Both the position numbers and the translations under genes were made by a program. The notes under the pieces are model-generated. The model was not told the DNA's origin. It worked only from the letters and a program-made list of their open reading frames with translations, and did no database searches. Shown piece after piece: positions 1-10,498 of a stretch of DNA of 64,000 bases. The stretch comes from Syntrophorhabdaceae bacterium (GTDB taxonomy: Bacteria > Desulfobacterota > Syntrophorhabdia > Syntrophorhabdales > Syntrophorhabdaceae): NCBI GenBank assembly GCA_963666485.2, contig CAXXUO010000001.1, forward strand, positions 1,152,001 through 1,216,000, read 5' to 3'. Positions within the stretch are counted from its first letter, which is position 1. Each line of letters begins with the position of its first letter.

Positions 1-1283
1 CCGGGCGCATCATGGCATTCAGGGATTTCGGCAAGAGCGCCTTCATCCACGTGCAGGACCGCAAGGGGAAGATCCAGGCGTATGTCCGGAAGGATATCCT
101 GAAAAGCCCCGGGTACGACATTTTCAAGAAGTTCGATATATGCGATATCGTGGGCCTCGAGGGAAAGGTCTTCAAAACGAAGACGGGCGAACTCACCGTG
201 CTTGCCGATACGATGAAGCTCCTGACGAAATCCCTGCGGCCGCTCCCCGAGAAATGGCACGGCCTCAAGGACGTCGAGGAGCGGTACCGCAAGCGGTACC
301 TCGACCTTATCGTGAACGACAGGGTGCGCGACGTGTTCACGACGCGCGCGAGGATCATCGACTATATCCGGCGCTATTTCGTCGAACGGGACTTCATCGA
401 GGTCGAGACCCCGATGATGCAGGTCATACCCGGCGGGGCGACGGCCAAGCCGTTTGTCACGCATCACAATGCCATGGGCATGGACCTGTACCTCAGGATA
501 GCCCCCGAGCTTTACCTCAAGCGGCTCGTCGTGGGAGGATTTGAACGGGTCTTCGAGATAAACCGAAATTTCCGCAACGAAGGCATATCGGTCCGCCACA
601 ACCCCGAATTCACGATGCTCGAGTATTACCAGGCGTACGCGACGTACGAGGACCTGATGGCGCTGACCGAGGACATGGTATCGTCTCTCGTGAAGGAGCT
701 TTTCGGGACATACGTTGTAACATACGGCGGAGAGGAGATAGATTTCACGCCGCCGTGGAGAAAGATCACGATGGCCGAAGCGATGGCCGAATTCGGGAAC
801 TTCGATCTAAGCGCCTTGAACGATCCCGAGCGGCTGAAAGATTATGCGAAGGACCTCGAGATAGAGGGCGCGGACAAGGAATCGCGCGGCAAGCTCATCA
901 CGAAGATATTCGAGGAGCTCTGTGAGAAGAAGCTCATACAGCCTACATTTATCACTCAGTACCCGATCGAGGTGTCGCCCCTCGCGAAGAGGAACCCGGA
1001 GAACCCGGAGATAACCGAACGGTTCGAGCTGTATATTTCCGGTATGGAGATCGCGAACGGCTTCAACGAGCTCAACGACCCGGAGGACCAGCTGGGGCGT
1101 TTCGAGCTGCAGATAAAGGAAAAAGAGGAGGGTGCGGCCCTCGACGAAGACTACATCACCGCACTGGAATACGGCCTGCCGCCGACGGCCGGGCAGGGCA
1201 TAGGGATCGACCGGCTGACGATGCTCCTCACGGACAGCGCATCGATACGGGAGGTCATTCTCTTCCCGCTGCTGCGTCCCTGA
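1..1283 (+). CDS. lysS: Lysyl-tRNA synthetase class II (5' end truncated by window)
   Basis: OB-fold start, [53 protein letters not shown]. Confidence 0.97.
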   Translation, partial: GRIMAFRDFGKSAFIHVQDRKGKIQAYVRKDILKSPGYDIFKKFDICDIVGLEGKVFKTKTGELTVLADTMKLLTKSLRPLPEKWHGLKDVEERYRKRYLDLIVNDRVRDVFTTRARIIDYIRRYFVERDFIEVETPMMQVIPGGATAKPFVTHHNAMGMDLYLRIAPELYLKRLVVGGFERVFEINRNFRNEGISVRHNPEFTMLEYYQAYATYEDLMALTEDMVSSLVKELFGTYVVTYGGEEIDFTPPWRKITMAEAMAEFGNFDLSALNDPERLKDYAKDLEIEGADKESRGKLITKIFEELCEKKLIQPTFITQYPIEVSPLAKRNPENPEITERFELYISGMEIANGFNELNDPEDQLGRFELQIKEKEEGAALDEDYITALEYGLPPTAGQGIGIDRLTMLLTDSASIREVILFPLLRP

Positions 1284-1369
1284 CCGGCTATAACGTGCAT
1301 TGCAGAGCTGTCTCACGAACGGCTTTATTGCGCGACCACGATCGTATATGGTAGGACATTAATCTCCTT

Positions 1370-2569
1370 ATGGATTACGAGACTCTTATAGGGCTGCGCT
1401 ATTTACGGTCGAAAAGAAAAGAGGCCTTCATCTCCTTTACGACCTGGATATCCGTCGTCGGCATCGCGATCGGCGTCATGGCCATTATTGTCGTCATCGC
1501 GGTCATGACAGGCTTTCAGGATGAGATCAGGGCGCGCATCCTCGGTATAAACCCCCACATCCTGGTCATGGACATGGGTGGGGAGATCCGTAACCCCGGC
1601 GAAATAGTATCGAAGATAAAGCAGATACCCGGCGTCTCCCGGGCATTTCCCTTCACCGCGTTCCAGGCAATGGTGCAGAACGGGAAACAATTGTCCGGTG
1701 TCGCAATAAAAGGCATGAACCCCCAGGATGCGCAGTACCTGGCGAAACTGGTAAAAGAGGGTTCGGTCAACTCGCTCAACCAGAAAGGCAGTGTCCTGAT
1801 CGGGAAAGAGCTTGCGAAGCATCTCGGGCTTTTTCTCGGCGACAGCTTCACGATCATGGTGCCTTTCGGCGGGTTCTCCCCGATGGGCTCCATGCCCGAG
1901 ACCGTGCGGGCACGTGTGGGCGGCATCTTTGAGACGGGCATGTACGAGATCGACAATACCCTCGTCGTCATGCCGCTGCCCGATATCGAGGCCGCAATGG
2001 GCATCGGGGCGACGGGCATAGAGGTCAAGCTCGTCGACGAGTACAAGGCCGGTGACATGAAATGGACGATCCTCAAGGCCCTCGGCCGCGATTATTTTGC
2101 CAAGACATGGATGGAAATGAACCGCAACCTTTTCTCCGCGCTAAAGCTCGAGAAGCTCGCGATGTTCATCATCCTCGCGCTCATCATCCTCGTCGCGAGC
2201 TTCAACATAATCAGCTCGCTCATCATGACGGTCATGGAAAAGAAAAAGGACATCGCCATACTCAAGTCGATCGGGGCAAAGAAGCGGAGCATCATGAAGA
2301 TCTTCATGATGGAAGGGATAACAATAGGCGTGGTCGGCGCTCTTTTCGGGTCGCTCACCGGCTACTTCCTGTGCTGGATAATCAAGAGCACCGGGCTTAT
2401 AAAACTGCCCGAGGACGTCTATTACATAACGACCCTCCCGGCAAAGATCAGTATCATCGACGTCGCTCTGATCGCCCTGGTGACGATGGTCATATGCGTC
2501 CTCGCGACGATATACCCGTCATACAAGGCCGCGAAAATAGACCCCGTGGAGACCCTGCGCTATGAGTGA
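1370..2569 (+). CDS. lolE: Lipoprotein-releasing ABC transporter permease LolC/E
   Basis: IGLRYLRSKRK N-terminus, MacB/FtsX architecture, DIAILKSIGA; coupled to lolD. Confidence 0.9.
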   Translation: MDYETLIGLRYLRSKRKEAFISFTTWISVVGIAIGVMAIIVVIAVMTGFQDEIRARILGINPHILVMDMGGEIRNPGEIVSKIKQIPGVSRAFPFTAFQAMVQNGKQLSGVAIKGMNPQDAQYLAKLVKEGSVNSLNQKGSVLIGKELAKHLGLFLGDSFTIMVPFGGFSPMGSMPETVRARVGGIFETGMYEIDNTLVVMPLPDIEAAMGIGATGIEVKLVDEYKAGDMKWTILKALGRDYFAKTWMEMNRNLFSALKLEKLAMFIILALIILVASFNIISSLIMTVMEKKKDIAILKSIGAKKRSIMKIFMMEGITIGVVGALFGSLTGYFLCWIIKSTGLIKLPEDVYYITTLPAKISIIDVALIALVTMVICVLATIYPSYKAAKIDPVETLRYE

Positions 2570-3251
2570 TCATATCATCGAGGCCTCAGGGATCAAGAAA
2601 TCATTCCAGAAGGACGACGTCGTCATCGAGGTCCTCAAGGGTGTGAACCTTACCGCCGACGCGGGCAGCTTCATAACGATAATGGGCCCGTCCGGCGCCG
2701 GCAAGAGCACGTTCCTTCACATCCTCGGGACCCTTGACCGCCCCACGGAAGGCACAGTCCTTTTCCAGGGTGAGGACATAATGAAATTCAGCGAGGATGA
2801 GCAGAGCCGGTTCCGCAACGAACGGATAGGCTTCATCTTCCAGTTCTACCACCTTCTCCAGGATTTCAACGTCATTGAGAACATCATGATGCCGCTTTTG
2901 ATCCGCAAGGTCAGGCCCGACGAGGCGCGCAAAAAGGCCCAGGGTTTTCTCGAGACGGTCGAACTTACCCACCGCGCCAGTCACAAGCCGGGTGAGTTAT
3001 CCGGCGGTGAGCAGCAAAGGGTCGCCATCGCCCGCGCCCTCATCAACGAGCCGAGCGTCATACTCGCCGACGAGCCGACAGGCAACCTCGACCGCAAGAC
3101 AGGCCGGGGAGTTCTCGACCAGATCCTGTCCATTCAGAAAAAACTCTCCGCAACACTGATACTCGTGACCCACGACCCGGAAATAGGGTCTGTAGGTGAC
3201 AGGAAGCTGACGATGGTGGATGGGGAATTGTTTGATACGGCTAACGGCTAA
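2562..3251 (+). CDS. lolD: Lipoprotein-releasing ABC transporter ATPase LolD
   Basis: Walker [39 protein letters not shown]. Confidence 0.92.
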   Translation: MSDHIIEASGIKKSFQKDDVVIEVLKGVNLTADAGSFITIMGPSGAGKSTFLHILGTLDRPTEGTVLFQGEDIMKFSEDEQSRFRNERIGFIFQFYHLLQDFNVIENIMMPLLIRKVRPDEARKKAQGFLETVELTHRASHKPGELSGGEQQRVAIARALINEPSVILADEPTGNLDRKTGRGVLDQILSIQKKLSATLILVTHDPEIGSVGDRKLTMVDGELFDTANG

Positions 3252-3269
3252 CGGCTAACGGCTAACGGC
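3237..3269 (+). repeat. Heptamer tandem repeat (ACGGCTA) x4.7 overlapping the lolD stop
   Basis: Directly visible acggcta repeats. Confidence 0.95.
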
Positions 3270-3310
3270 CTCTGTCACCCTGTCAAAATTTTTTATAGTC
3301 CGCGTGATGT

Positions 3311-3435
3311 CGTCATTCCGGCGGCTTTTGCGCCGGAATCCAGTGTCTTCCTCTTTTTTCCTGGAAAATGTCTCTGCCTAAAACTTGAAACTTTCGTTGT
3401 AGAGACTCTGGATCCCGGCCTTCGCCGGGATGACG
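3311..3435. repeat. REP/BIME-like palindrome pair GTCATTCCGGC..GCCGGAATCCAG / CTGGATCCCGGC..GCCGGGATGAC
   Basis: Two inverted GTCAT-type palindromes at 3311-3343 and 3408-3435 between convergent genes. Confidence 0.85.
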
Positions 3436-3446
3436 ATGGAAGGGAA

Positions 3447-3479
3447 ACGCCTTACGCCTTACGCTCTCACGCCTTACGT
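3447..3479 (-). repeat. Heptamer repeat (ACGCCTT)n overlapping the ugd stop
   Basis: acgcctt acgcctt acgctctc acgcctt acgt. Confidence 0.85.
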
Positions 3480-4859
3480 AAAATGCACCAGCGGTTTTTT
3501 TCCTATCGGGTACACGTTGAAGCCGATGTCGTGCAGGTTCTTATGATCGAGTATGTTCCTGCCGTCAAATATGAATGCCGGTTTTGCCATTGAATCGTAG
3601 ATGCGCTGGTAGTCGAGGGCGGCGTATATCTTCCATTCCGTCATGACCGCTATCGCGTCGCATCCGGCGGCCGCCCTGTAGGGGTCTGTCTCGTAGGTTA
3701 TCCCGTCTACGTCGGCAAGGTCGGTTTTCGCGTTGCCGATGGCCTGGGGGTCCGTTATGACGATCTCGGCCATCTCCTCGCGGAGCCGTCTCGCGATGGT
3801 GTATGCCGGCGTTTCGCGCGTGTCGCCGGTATCCGCTTTGAATGCGAAACCGAAGAGACATATCCTCTTGCCGGCGATCGTGTTGAACATGGCGTTCAGG
3901 ATGCCGAGTATGAACCGTTCTTTCTGGTACTCGTTGATGTCGACGACGCTTTCCCAGTAGTCGGCGACGTCCTCGAGGCCGTACGAGCGGCATATATAGG
4001 CGAGGTTCAGGATGTCTTTCTTGAAGCAGGAGCCGCCGAAGCCAACGCTGGCATTTAAGAATTTGCTGCCCAGCCTGCTGTCGAGTCCGATCGCCCGGGA
4101 CACTTCCCCTACGTCGGCTTCCGTTTTTTCACACAGGGCCGATATCGCGTTTATCGAAGAGATCCTCTGCGCGAGGAACGCGTTTGCGACGAGCTTCGAC
4201 AATTCGCTGCTCCAGATGTTGCTTTCGATTATCTTTTCACGCGGCACCCAGTTGAGATAAATATCGACAATGGCCTTGCGCGCCTCGATCCCGTTCGGGG
4301 TTTCCCGGGAGCCTATCAGGACGCGGTCGGGGAATTCGAGGTCGCGTATCGCGGTGCCTTCCGCGAGAAATTCCGGGTTCGAGATGACGTCGAACCGGAT
4401 GTCGCCGTCCTTGGATGTCAGGATCCGTTCCATAGCCAGGGCTGTCTTCACGGGTATCGTGCATTTTTCGACGACGATCTTTGGCGACTCGGACGCCTCG
4501 CGTATCTGCCGCGCCGTCTTTTCCCAGTACTGAAGATCAGCGGCTTTGCCCGCGCCCGCCCCGAACGTCTTGGTAGGGGTGTTGACGCCGACGAAGATGA
4601 TCCTCGATTCCCTGATCCCCTTTTCGATATCGGTCTCGAAGAAAAGGTTCTTTCCCCGTGTCTCCTTTATGATCTCGTCCAGCCCCGGTTCATACACGGG
4701 CAGATCGTCCGAGTTCCAGCGGGCGATCTTTTCATGGTTTATATCGACCACGGTAACTTTGTATTGCGGGCACTTATATGCGATCATCGCCATTGTCGGC
4801 CCGCCGACGTAACCCGCACCTATACAGAGAATATTTTTACGGTCCAAAGAACCCTCCAC
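3474..4859 (-). CDS. ugd: UDP-glucose 6-dehydrogenase
   Basis: IGAGYVGGPT, SNPEFLAEG, GFGGSCFKKD, FDGRN. Confidence 0.95.
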   Translation of the reverse strand: MEGSLDRKNILCIGAGYVGGPTMAMIAYKCPQYKVTVVDINHEKIARWNSDDLPVYEPGLDEIIKETRGKNLFFETDIEKGIRESRIIFVGVNTPTKTFGAGAGKAADLQYWEKTARQIREASESPKIVVEKCTIPVKTALAMERILTSKDGDIRFDVISNPEFLAEGTAIRDLEFPDRVLIGSRETPNGIEARKAIVDIYLNWVPREKIIESNIWSSELSKLVANAFLAQRISSINAISALCEKTEADVGEVSRAIGLDSRLGSKFLNASVGFGGSCFKKDILNLAYICRSYGLEDVADYWESVVDINEYQKERFILGILNAMFNTIAGKRICLFGFAFKADTGDTRETPAYTIARRLREEMAEIVITDPQAIGNAKTDLADVDGITYETDPYRAAAGCDAIAVMTEWKIYAALDYQRIYDSMAKPAFIFDGRNILDHKNLHDIGFNVYPIGKKPLVHFT

Positions 4860-5008
4860 CGTTAATTTTCACTATTCTAGCATAACGCGGGCCGGCAGGA
4901 AAGATGCCGGCGCCGGAAATGTACCCGCCGACACCGCCGCGGCCCCGGCATTTACTGTGTAAAAAGGTCATACCATAATGTGAACGGTAATGTATAATAG
5001 GAAAACAC

Positions 5009-6871
5009 GTGGGCAAACACAGCAGGCACACTCTTATAACCCTTTGTATCGCCGCAGTCGCCCTGGCGGTGTGCATCGGGGCCTATCCCGCAGGACTGCA
5101 GGGCCCCCTTGAACGCAAGGCGTACGATGCACGGGTGCGTCTTGTGGAACGCATGGGGCTTGGACATGACGGTGTGAGCGGGAAGACGGTGATCGTCGGC
5201 ATCGATGAACGGTCGATAATCCGGGAAAAGCCGCTTCTTTTCATCTATGACGATATAGGCCGCTTCTTGAAGCGGATGGACGAGTATCAGGCCGGCATCG
5301 TCGGGCTCGACGTGATCCTCGTCCACAAGCAGAGCGAAAAACTCAAAAGCGCTGCGCAGGTATTCCTCGAAGGCGGGAAAGGGCGCGCCGACGACGCGCT
5401 CGGCCGGGCCATGGAGGATATCGGGGAGAGGCTCGACCGGTCCGTCCTTGAGCCCGTCATCAATGTCAGCGAGCGCGTGAAGATCGTGCAGGTCGTTCAT
5501 GGGGACCTCGTTCCTTTCTTTTACGGGGTAAGCCCTCTCATAAAGGATCTGACCATGGCCGAAGCTTCGCTCACCGACGGCGCATTCGGCCCGAATGACG
5601 GGATTATCCGGAAGCAGGTCTTCGGCCAGGGGGAGCGGCCGTCATTCCCTTCAGCACTCTACCTTCTCGCAACAGGCAGACCGTATGCAGGAAGCGTTGT
5701 CTTCGTCAATTACCGTATGACGGCAAAGCTGCCCTTCTTTCACTTCGATGACGTGATGTCGGGAAAGGTCGATAAGAAGTTTTTTGCCGGGAAGACCGTC
5801 ATCCTCGGTTATATCAGCGGGTATGAAGATGTCCATGCAACCCCGCTCGGGCGGGATGTCGCCCCGGGGTACCGGGACGGCAGGAACGCGCCCGGCCAAA
5901 AGGGCGGCAAGATGGCGGGCCCCTTCATCCACGGCCTCATTCTCGAGACGATGCTGACCGGTACTTCGCTCAAGGAAGCCCCGCTTTCCGTGCACATCGT
6001 CATCCTTGTTCTCCTCGCGGCCGCCGCGTATGCTGCGATAACGTATGTGAAACCCCTCTATGCATCGGTGGGCCTGATCGCGATAATGGCCGTTTATTTC
6101 GCCGCCGATCTCGTTCTGTTCTCATACGGGCAATACGTGCATCTTTTCCCCCAGGTCGTTGCCCCGATCATGATGGCGATCATGGTCTATCCCTACCGGT
6201 ACTTTGCAGAAGAAAAAACACGAAGAAAAGTGGAAAAGGTCTTCGGGTACTATGTCGACAGGCGCATCCTCGACGGGCTCGTTGAGTCTGACAGCGCAGC
6301 GCTTCTCGCTGGCGAGGAGCGCAGGATATGCATCTTCTTCCTTGACATCCGCAACTTCACGCAGCTTTCCACCACGAGGAACGCGCAGGAGATGGTGCAA
6401 TTCCTCAATTTTTTCTTCGGCCGGTTGACGGGGATCATCCAGAGAAACGCCGGTTTCGTCAATAAATTTATCGGCGACGGACTGCTGGCGTTCTTTATGA
6501 CGGGACCGAACCCGGTGAGCGACGCTGTGGCTGCCGCCCGTGAAATAATCGCCGCGACGGAACAGCTCAACCGGGAGAAGGCATTCGGGAAATCTATCGG
6601 TGACTGGGAGGTCAGGGTCGGCATCGGCATACATTACGGTGACGTCATCCTCGGGAATGTCGGCTCGGAGCAGAAAATGGATTTCACGATCATCGGCGAA
6701 CATGTCAACATGGCATCGCGCATAGAAAGCCTCACGAAAGAGGCCGGGGCCGCGATCCTCGTGAGCGACGATGCGCGCATCGTCGCCGGGGACGGGATAT
6801 CCTGGATCGAAGCCGGGCAATTCACCGTCAAGGGGATCGACCATTCCATTTCCCTTTACACCGTGGAGTAA
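5009..6871 (+). CDS. CHASE2-domain class III adenylate/guanylate cyclase
   Basis: VIVGIDERS and GKTVILG (CHASE2), three TM helices, FLDIRNFT, KFIGDG, MDFTIIGEHVNMASRIE. Confidence 0.9.
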   Translation: MGKHSRHTLITLCIAAVALAVCIGAYPAGLQGPLERKAYDARVRLVERMGLGHDGVSGKTVIVGIDERSIIREKPLLFIYDDIGRFLKRMDEYQAGIVGLDVILVHKQSEKLKSAAQVFLEGGKGRADDALGRAMEDIGERLDRSVLEPVINVSERVKIVQVVHGDLVPFFYGVSPLIKDLTMAEASLTDGAFGPNDGIIRKQVFGQGERPSFPSALYLLATGRPYAGSVVFVNYRMTAKLPFFHFDDVMSGKVDKKFFAGKTVILGYISGYEDVHATPLGRDVAPGYRDGRNAPGQKGGKMAGPFIHGLILETMLTGTSLKEAPLSVHIVILVLLAAAAYAAITYVKPLYASVGLIAIMAVYFAADLVLFSYGQYVHLFPQVVAPIMMAIMVYPYRYFAEEKTRRKVEKVFGYYVDRRILDGLVESDSAALLAGEERRICIFFLDIRNFTQLSTTRNAQEMVQFLNFFFGRLTGIIQRNAGFVNKFIGDGLLAFFMTGPNPVSDAVAAAREIIAATEQLNREKAFGKSIGDWEVRVGIGIHYGDVILGNVGSEQKMDFTIIGEHVNMASRIESLTKEAGAAILVSDDARIVAGDGISWIEAGQFTVKGIDHSISLYTVE

Positions 6872-6925
6872 AAGTGGTGTGATGTAATGTACATATCGAC
6901 TTTACTATCTCAGGGGGAAAGTGAT

Positions 6926-7780
6926 ATGAGAAAACATTTGATCATCCTGCTATGCTCCGTCTTTGCCGGCATCTTTATGGCAGGCAGCCTCGAAGCCGCG
7001 GTCCAGACCGGCTATATATTCGATATCCAGGGCTCGGCCCAGCTCACGAGTGCGGACGGGAAGAAGATAGTCCTCAATAAAAGCCAGCACCTTCTTTATG
7101 CTGTAAAAGAGGGAGACCGGATAAAGGTCGAAAAAGGGAAGGTCGTCATCGCCTCGCTGAAAGACAGCAAGGGGTACGAGATCGGGAGCAATTCGGAGGC
7201 GGTGGCAAAGATCGGGTCTGTCGCGGCGGTGAAGGGGTCGGTCTCGGAATTGAAAGGCCTGCACGCACCGGCAAAGGCGGGCCCGGGGTCCATCGGCGGA
7301 TTTGTCGTGCGCGGCGCCAAGCCGTGCATCAAGGCACTTTCCCCGGTTAATACAAACATTATCACCACGACCCCGACCTTGAACTGGGATAACCGCTGCT
7401 CCGGGGATAAGCAGGTGATGGTCAAGATAATATCGGGGGACAGCGTTCTTTTCAGCCGGCAGACCCGTGAAGATTCCCTGGCGGTCCCGGCAAACATACT
7501 CACGTACAACCAGGAATACCGGTGGATAGTGGATTCGGGAAAGGTGAACAACATCTCGGGCGGTGTCTTTTCGATACCCGCTGCCGAGGAGGCACGCGAG
7601 CTTACCCGTCAGATAGCCCTGTATGAAGAAAGGAAGAATGACATCTCGTACTATCTTTCGTACGTCTTCTTTCTCATCGATAACAACCTGAACGACCTTG
7701 CGCGGGTCCAGATAAAAGCGCTGAAAACTGAATACCCCGACAACGAATACCTGAAAAAAATGGAAGAGAGCATCAAATAG
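6926..7780 (+). CDS. Exported protein downstream of the CHASE2 cyclase (FecR-like N-part, DUF928-like C-part, tentative)
   Basis: Signal peptide, RBS GGGGG before ATG 6926, beta-rich body with PTLNW and YRW. Confidence 0.6.
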   Translation: MRKHLIILLCSVFAGIFMAGSLEAAVQTGYIFDIQGSAQLTSADGKKIVLNKSQHLLYAVKEGDRIKVEKGKVVIASLKDSKGYEIGSNSEAVAKIGSVAAVKGSVSELKGLHAPAKAGPGSIGGFVVRGAKPCIKALSPVNTNIITTTPTLNWDNRCSGDKQVMVKIISGDSVLFSRQTREDSLAVPANILTYNQEYRWIVDSGKVNNISGGVFSIPAAEEARELTRQIALYEERKNDISYYLSYVFFLIDNNLNDLARVQIKALKTEYPDNEYLKKMEESIK

Positions 7781-7785
7781 TCCTG

Positions 7786-9348
7786 ATGGGGATATTCGAA
7801 TCATCCGCACAAAATTCTCGTCCGCTCCTTATTAGTGCGCCTGTTGCAAAGCCATGCGAGGCCCCGGCCGGTATAGGCAGGCTCGCCGGCGCCCTCAAAG
7901 TGTCCGGTCATACGTGCAGCGTGATCGACATGAACATCGAGGGGACGCTCTGGCTCCTTGACCGCGCGGGGCCCGGGGAAGACACCTGGTCGCGCCGGGC
8001 GGCGAAGAACGTCGTGCGCAACCTTGCCGCACTTCGGGACCAAAAGACCTACCGCGCTTTCGACCGCTACAAGAGATGCGTCAACGATGTCAATCGCCTG
8101 CTTTCCGGGACATCATCAGGCGATGCACGGATCAGCCTCTCGGATTACGAGGACCGGCGCCTCTCGCCTTTAAGGAGCGGTGACCTTCTCGAGGCGGCCG
8201 GCCACCCGGAAGACAACCCCTTTTACGGGTATTTTTCCGGTCGGCTCAGCGAAGCGATACATGCCGGCAATCCGCCCTTTATCGGCTTCTCACTGACGTA
8301 CTTGAGCCAGGCCCTGACGACATTCGCTGCGATAGGTTTCGTGCGGGCAAACTTCCCGTCGGCGAAAATAGTGCTGGGAGGGGCCCTCGTAACGTCATGG
8401 ATGAGCAACGCGTCCCGCAGCGTCGATTTCAACGGCCTTGTCGACCACGTGGTCGCCGGGCCGGGAGAGACCTTCCTGCTCAACCTCATCCATTCGGAAC
8501 GGGAATATACCATCTGCCCGACATACGACCTCGACCCTTTCCCCTGCCATGATTATCTTTCCCCCGGCGTGATCATGCCGTACAGTACATCGACCGGATG
8601 TTATTATGGAAAATGCAGCTTCTGCCCCGAAACCGCCGAGGGGAATGCCTATTACCAGCTGGGCCCCCGGGCGGCGGCGAAAGAGATCGGCCGCCTCGCC
8701 CGCGAGATACGCCCGGCATTGATCCACATTGTCGATAACGCGATCAGCCCCGCCGTTCTCAAGGCGCTCATAAAGGACCCTCCCGGAAGTCCCTGGTATG
8801 GTTTTGTCCGTATGACGAAAGAGCTTGCCGATCCCGGGTTTTGTGCCGGGCTCAAAAAGTCCGGGTGCGCGATGCTCAAGATCGGTGTTGAATCGGGGGA
8901 CCAGGACGTGCTCGACGCAATGGGCAAAGGTATAGATATCAATGATGTTTCGAAAGGCCTCAAGGCCCTTTCCGCGGCCGGGATCGGCACATATGCCTAT
9001 CTTCTTTTCGGGACGCCGTGGGAAAACGAGGCGTCCGCCGGGAAAACCCTCGAGTTCACCGCGGAGCACGCGGACTGCATCGATTTCCTCAACCTTGCCG
9101 TCTTCAACCTCCCGCGCCACAGTCCCGATGCCCGGGGATTGGAACAGAAGGCATTCTACGGCGGTGACCTCTCGTTTTACACGGATTTCGTTCACCCCTT
9201 GGGATGGGACCGGAAAAAGGTGCGCCATTTCCTTGACCGCGTATTTACGCGTCACCCTGCCGTACGCGAGATCGTCAAACGCCAGCCGCCCTACTTCACC
9301 TCCAACCACGCCGCGTTTTTCTGCGATCAGACCTTGCTTGAAAGATAA
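7786..9348 (+). CDS. Radical SAM protein with B12-binding-like N-terminal region
   Basis: CYYGKCSFC, GFSLTY..Q, KIVLGGA, IGVESG. Confidence 0.85.
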   Translation: MGIFESSAQNSRPLLISAPVAKPCEAPAGIGRLAGALKVSGHTCSVIDMNIEGTLWLLDRAGPGEDTWSRRAAKNVVRNLAALRDQKTYRAFDRYKRCVNDVNRLLSGTSSGDARISLSDYEDRRLSPLRSGDLLEAAGHPEDNPFYGYFSGRLSEAIHAGNPPFIGFSLTYLSQALTTFAAIGFVRANFPSAKIVLGGALVTSWMSNASRSVDFNGLVDHVVAGPGETFLLNLIHSEREYTICPTYDLDPFPCHDYLSPGVIMPYSTSTGCYYGKCSFCPETAEGNAYYQLGPRAAAKEIGRLAREIRPALIHIVDNAISPAVLKALIKDPPGSPWYGFVRMTKELADPGFCAGLKKSGCAMLKIGVESGDQDVLDAMGKGIDINDVSKGLKALSAAGIGTYAYLLFGTPWENEASAGKTLEFTAEHADCIDFLNLAVFNLPRHSPDARGLEQKAFYGGDLSFYTDFVHPLGWDRKKVRHFLDRVFTRHPAVREIVKRQPPYFTSNHAAFFCDQTLLER

Positions 9349-9608
9349 AAGACACTCTCTCGCCCGCTTCGCTCGAGCTCACAGAGGTCACAGAGAACTG
9401 CGAAGGGGAAAGACTTTGCCGGCTGGTCGCGGAGCCGACCACGACCAGCCGGCACTTTCGTCGGCTTCGCCGAGGAAAAGAAGAAAAACAATACAAGGAA
9501 ATTAATACTCGAAGCGGTCCATCCTGCCTGAAGGGCAGGATAGCAGGGTACCCAACTTCCAAGCTTGCTAATGTTGGGTGGCAACGAACGGGCGAGAGAA
9601 TGTCTTTT
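9347..9608. mobile_element. MITE-like non-coding element with ~25-bp imperfect terminal inverted repeats
   Basis: AAAAGACACTCTCTCGCCCGCTTCG (9347-9371) against CGAACGGGCGAGAGAATGTCTTTT (9585-9608); several internal hairpins. Confidence 0.6.
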
Positions 9609-9653
9609 TAAATTGCGGAACGGGGACGTGAATTGTGGTAAGCTGAGAGCGAT

Positions 9654-10493
9654 ATGAAAGACCTTCTGAAAAGGACCCTTCGACATCACCTGGCGCTGAT
9701 AGGCCTCATTATCCTCGTCCCCATGTTCTTCTGTGCCGTTTTCGCCCCGCTCATAGCGCCGCATGACCCGGTCGAGCCGGACATAAAGAATATCCTGTCG
9801 GGGCCGACGCTGTCGCACCCGTTCGGAACGGATACCCTCGGCAGGGACGTCTTTTCGCGGGTCCTGTACGGGACGCGGATATCGCTTCTCGTCGGTTTCG
9901 TTTCCGTCGGGATCGCCATCCTCATCGGCCTCATTCTCGGGGCCGTCTCGGGCTATTTCGGGGGGATCGTCGATGAGGTCATCATGCGCTTCGTCGACCT
10001 CATGATGTGCTTCCCGACATTTTTCCTGATACTCGCCGTCATTGCGATACTCGAGCCGAGCATCTGGAACATCATGGTCGTTATCGGGCTCACGAGCTGG
10101 ATGGGAACGGCGCGCCTTGTCAGGGCGGAGATACTGAGTATCAAAGGCAAGGAATACGTCATGGCCGCGAAAGCGCAGGGTTTTGGTTCTTTAAGGATCA
10201 TCTTCCGGCATGTCCTGCCGAACGCGGTCACCCCTGTCTATGTCGTCGCCACGCTCGGCATAGGCGGCGCAATACTTACAGAATCCGCACTTTCCTTCCT
10301 CGGTATCGGTGTTCAGCCCCCGACCCCGAGCTGGGGCAACATCCTGACCCAGGCGAAAGACAACATCGAGGTCGCCTGGTGGCTCTCTGTCTATCCCGGC
10401 CTCGCAATATTCCTCACCGTGATGGGCTACAACCTCCTCGGTGAAGGCCTGCGTGACATATTCGATCCACGACGGAAAGGCATGGCACCGTAA
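9654..10493 (+). CDS. Peptide/nickel ABC transporter permease (DppC/OppC family), orphan
   Basis: HPFGTDTLGRD, EAA-like loop EYVMAAKAQG, SFLGIG..PPTPSWG. Confidence 0.92.
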   Translation: MKDLLKRTLRHHLALIGLIILVPMFFCAVFAPLIAPHDPVEPDIKNILSGPTLSHPFGTDTLGRDVFSRVLYGTRISLLVGFVSVGIAILIGLILGAVSGYFGGIVDEVIMRFVDLMMCFPTFFLILAVIAILEPSIWNIMVVIGLTSWMGTARLVRAEILSIKGKEYVMAAKAQGFGSLRIIFRHVLPNAVTPVYVVATLGIGGAILTESALSFLGIGVQPPTPSWGNILTQAKDNIEVAWWLSVYPGLAIFLTVMGYNLLGEGLRDIFDPRRKGMAP

Positions 10494-10498
10494 AAAAT

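Noticed and set aside
6878..6893. CRP-like site TGTGA-N6-GTACA after the cyclase gene
   Set aside because: Only one good half-site and no clear associated promoter
9505..9600. Assignment to twister, HDV-like or hammerhead ribozyme, or a known riboswitch
   Set aside because: Only partial resemblance; conserved core nucleotides cannot be placed
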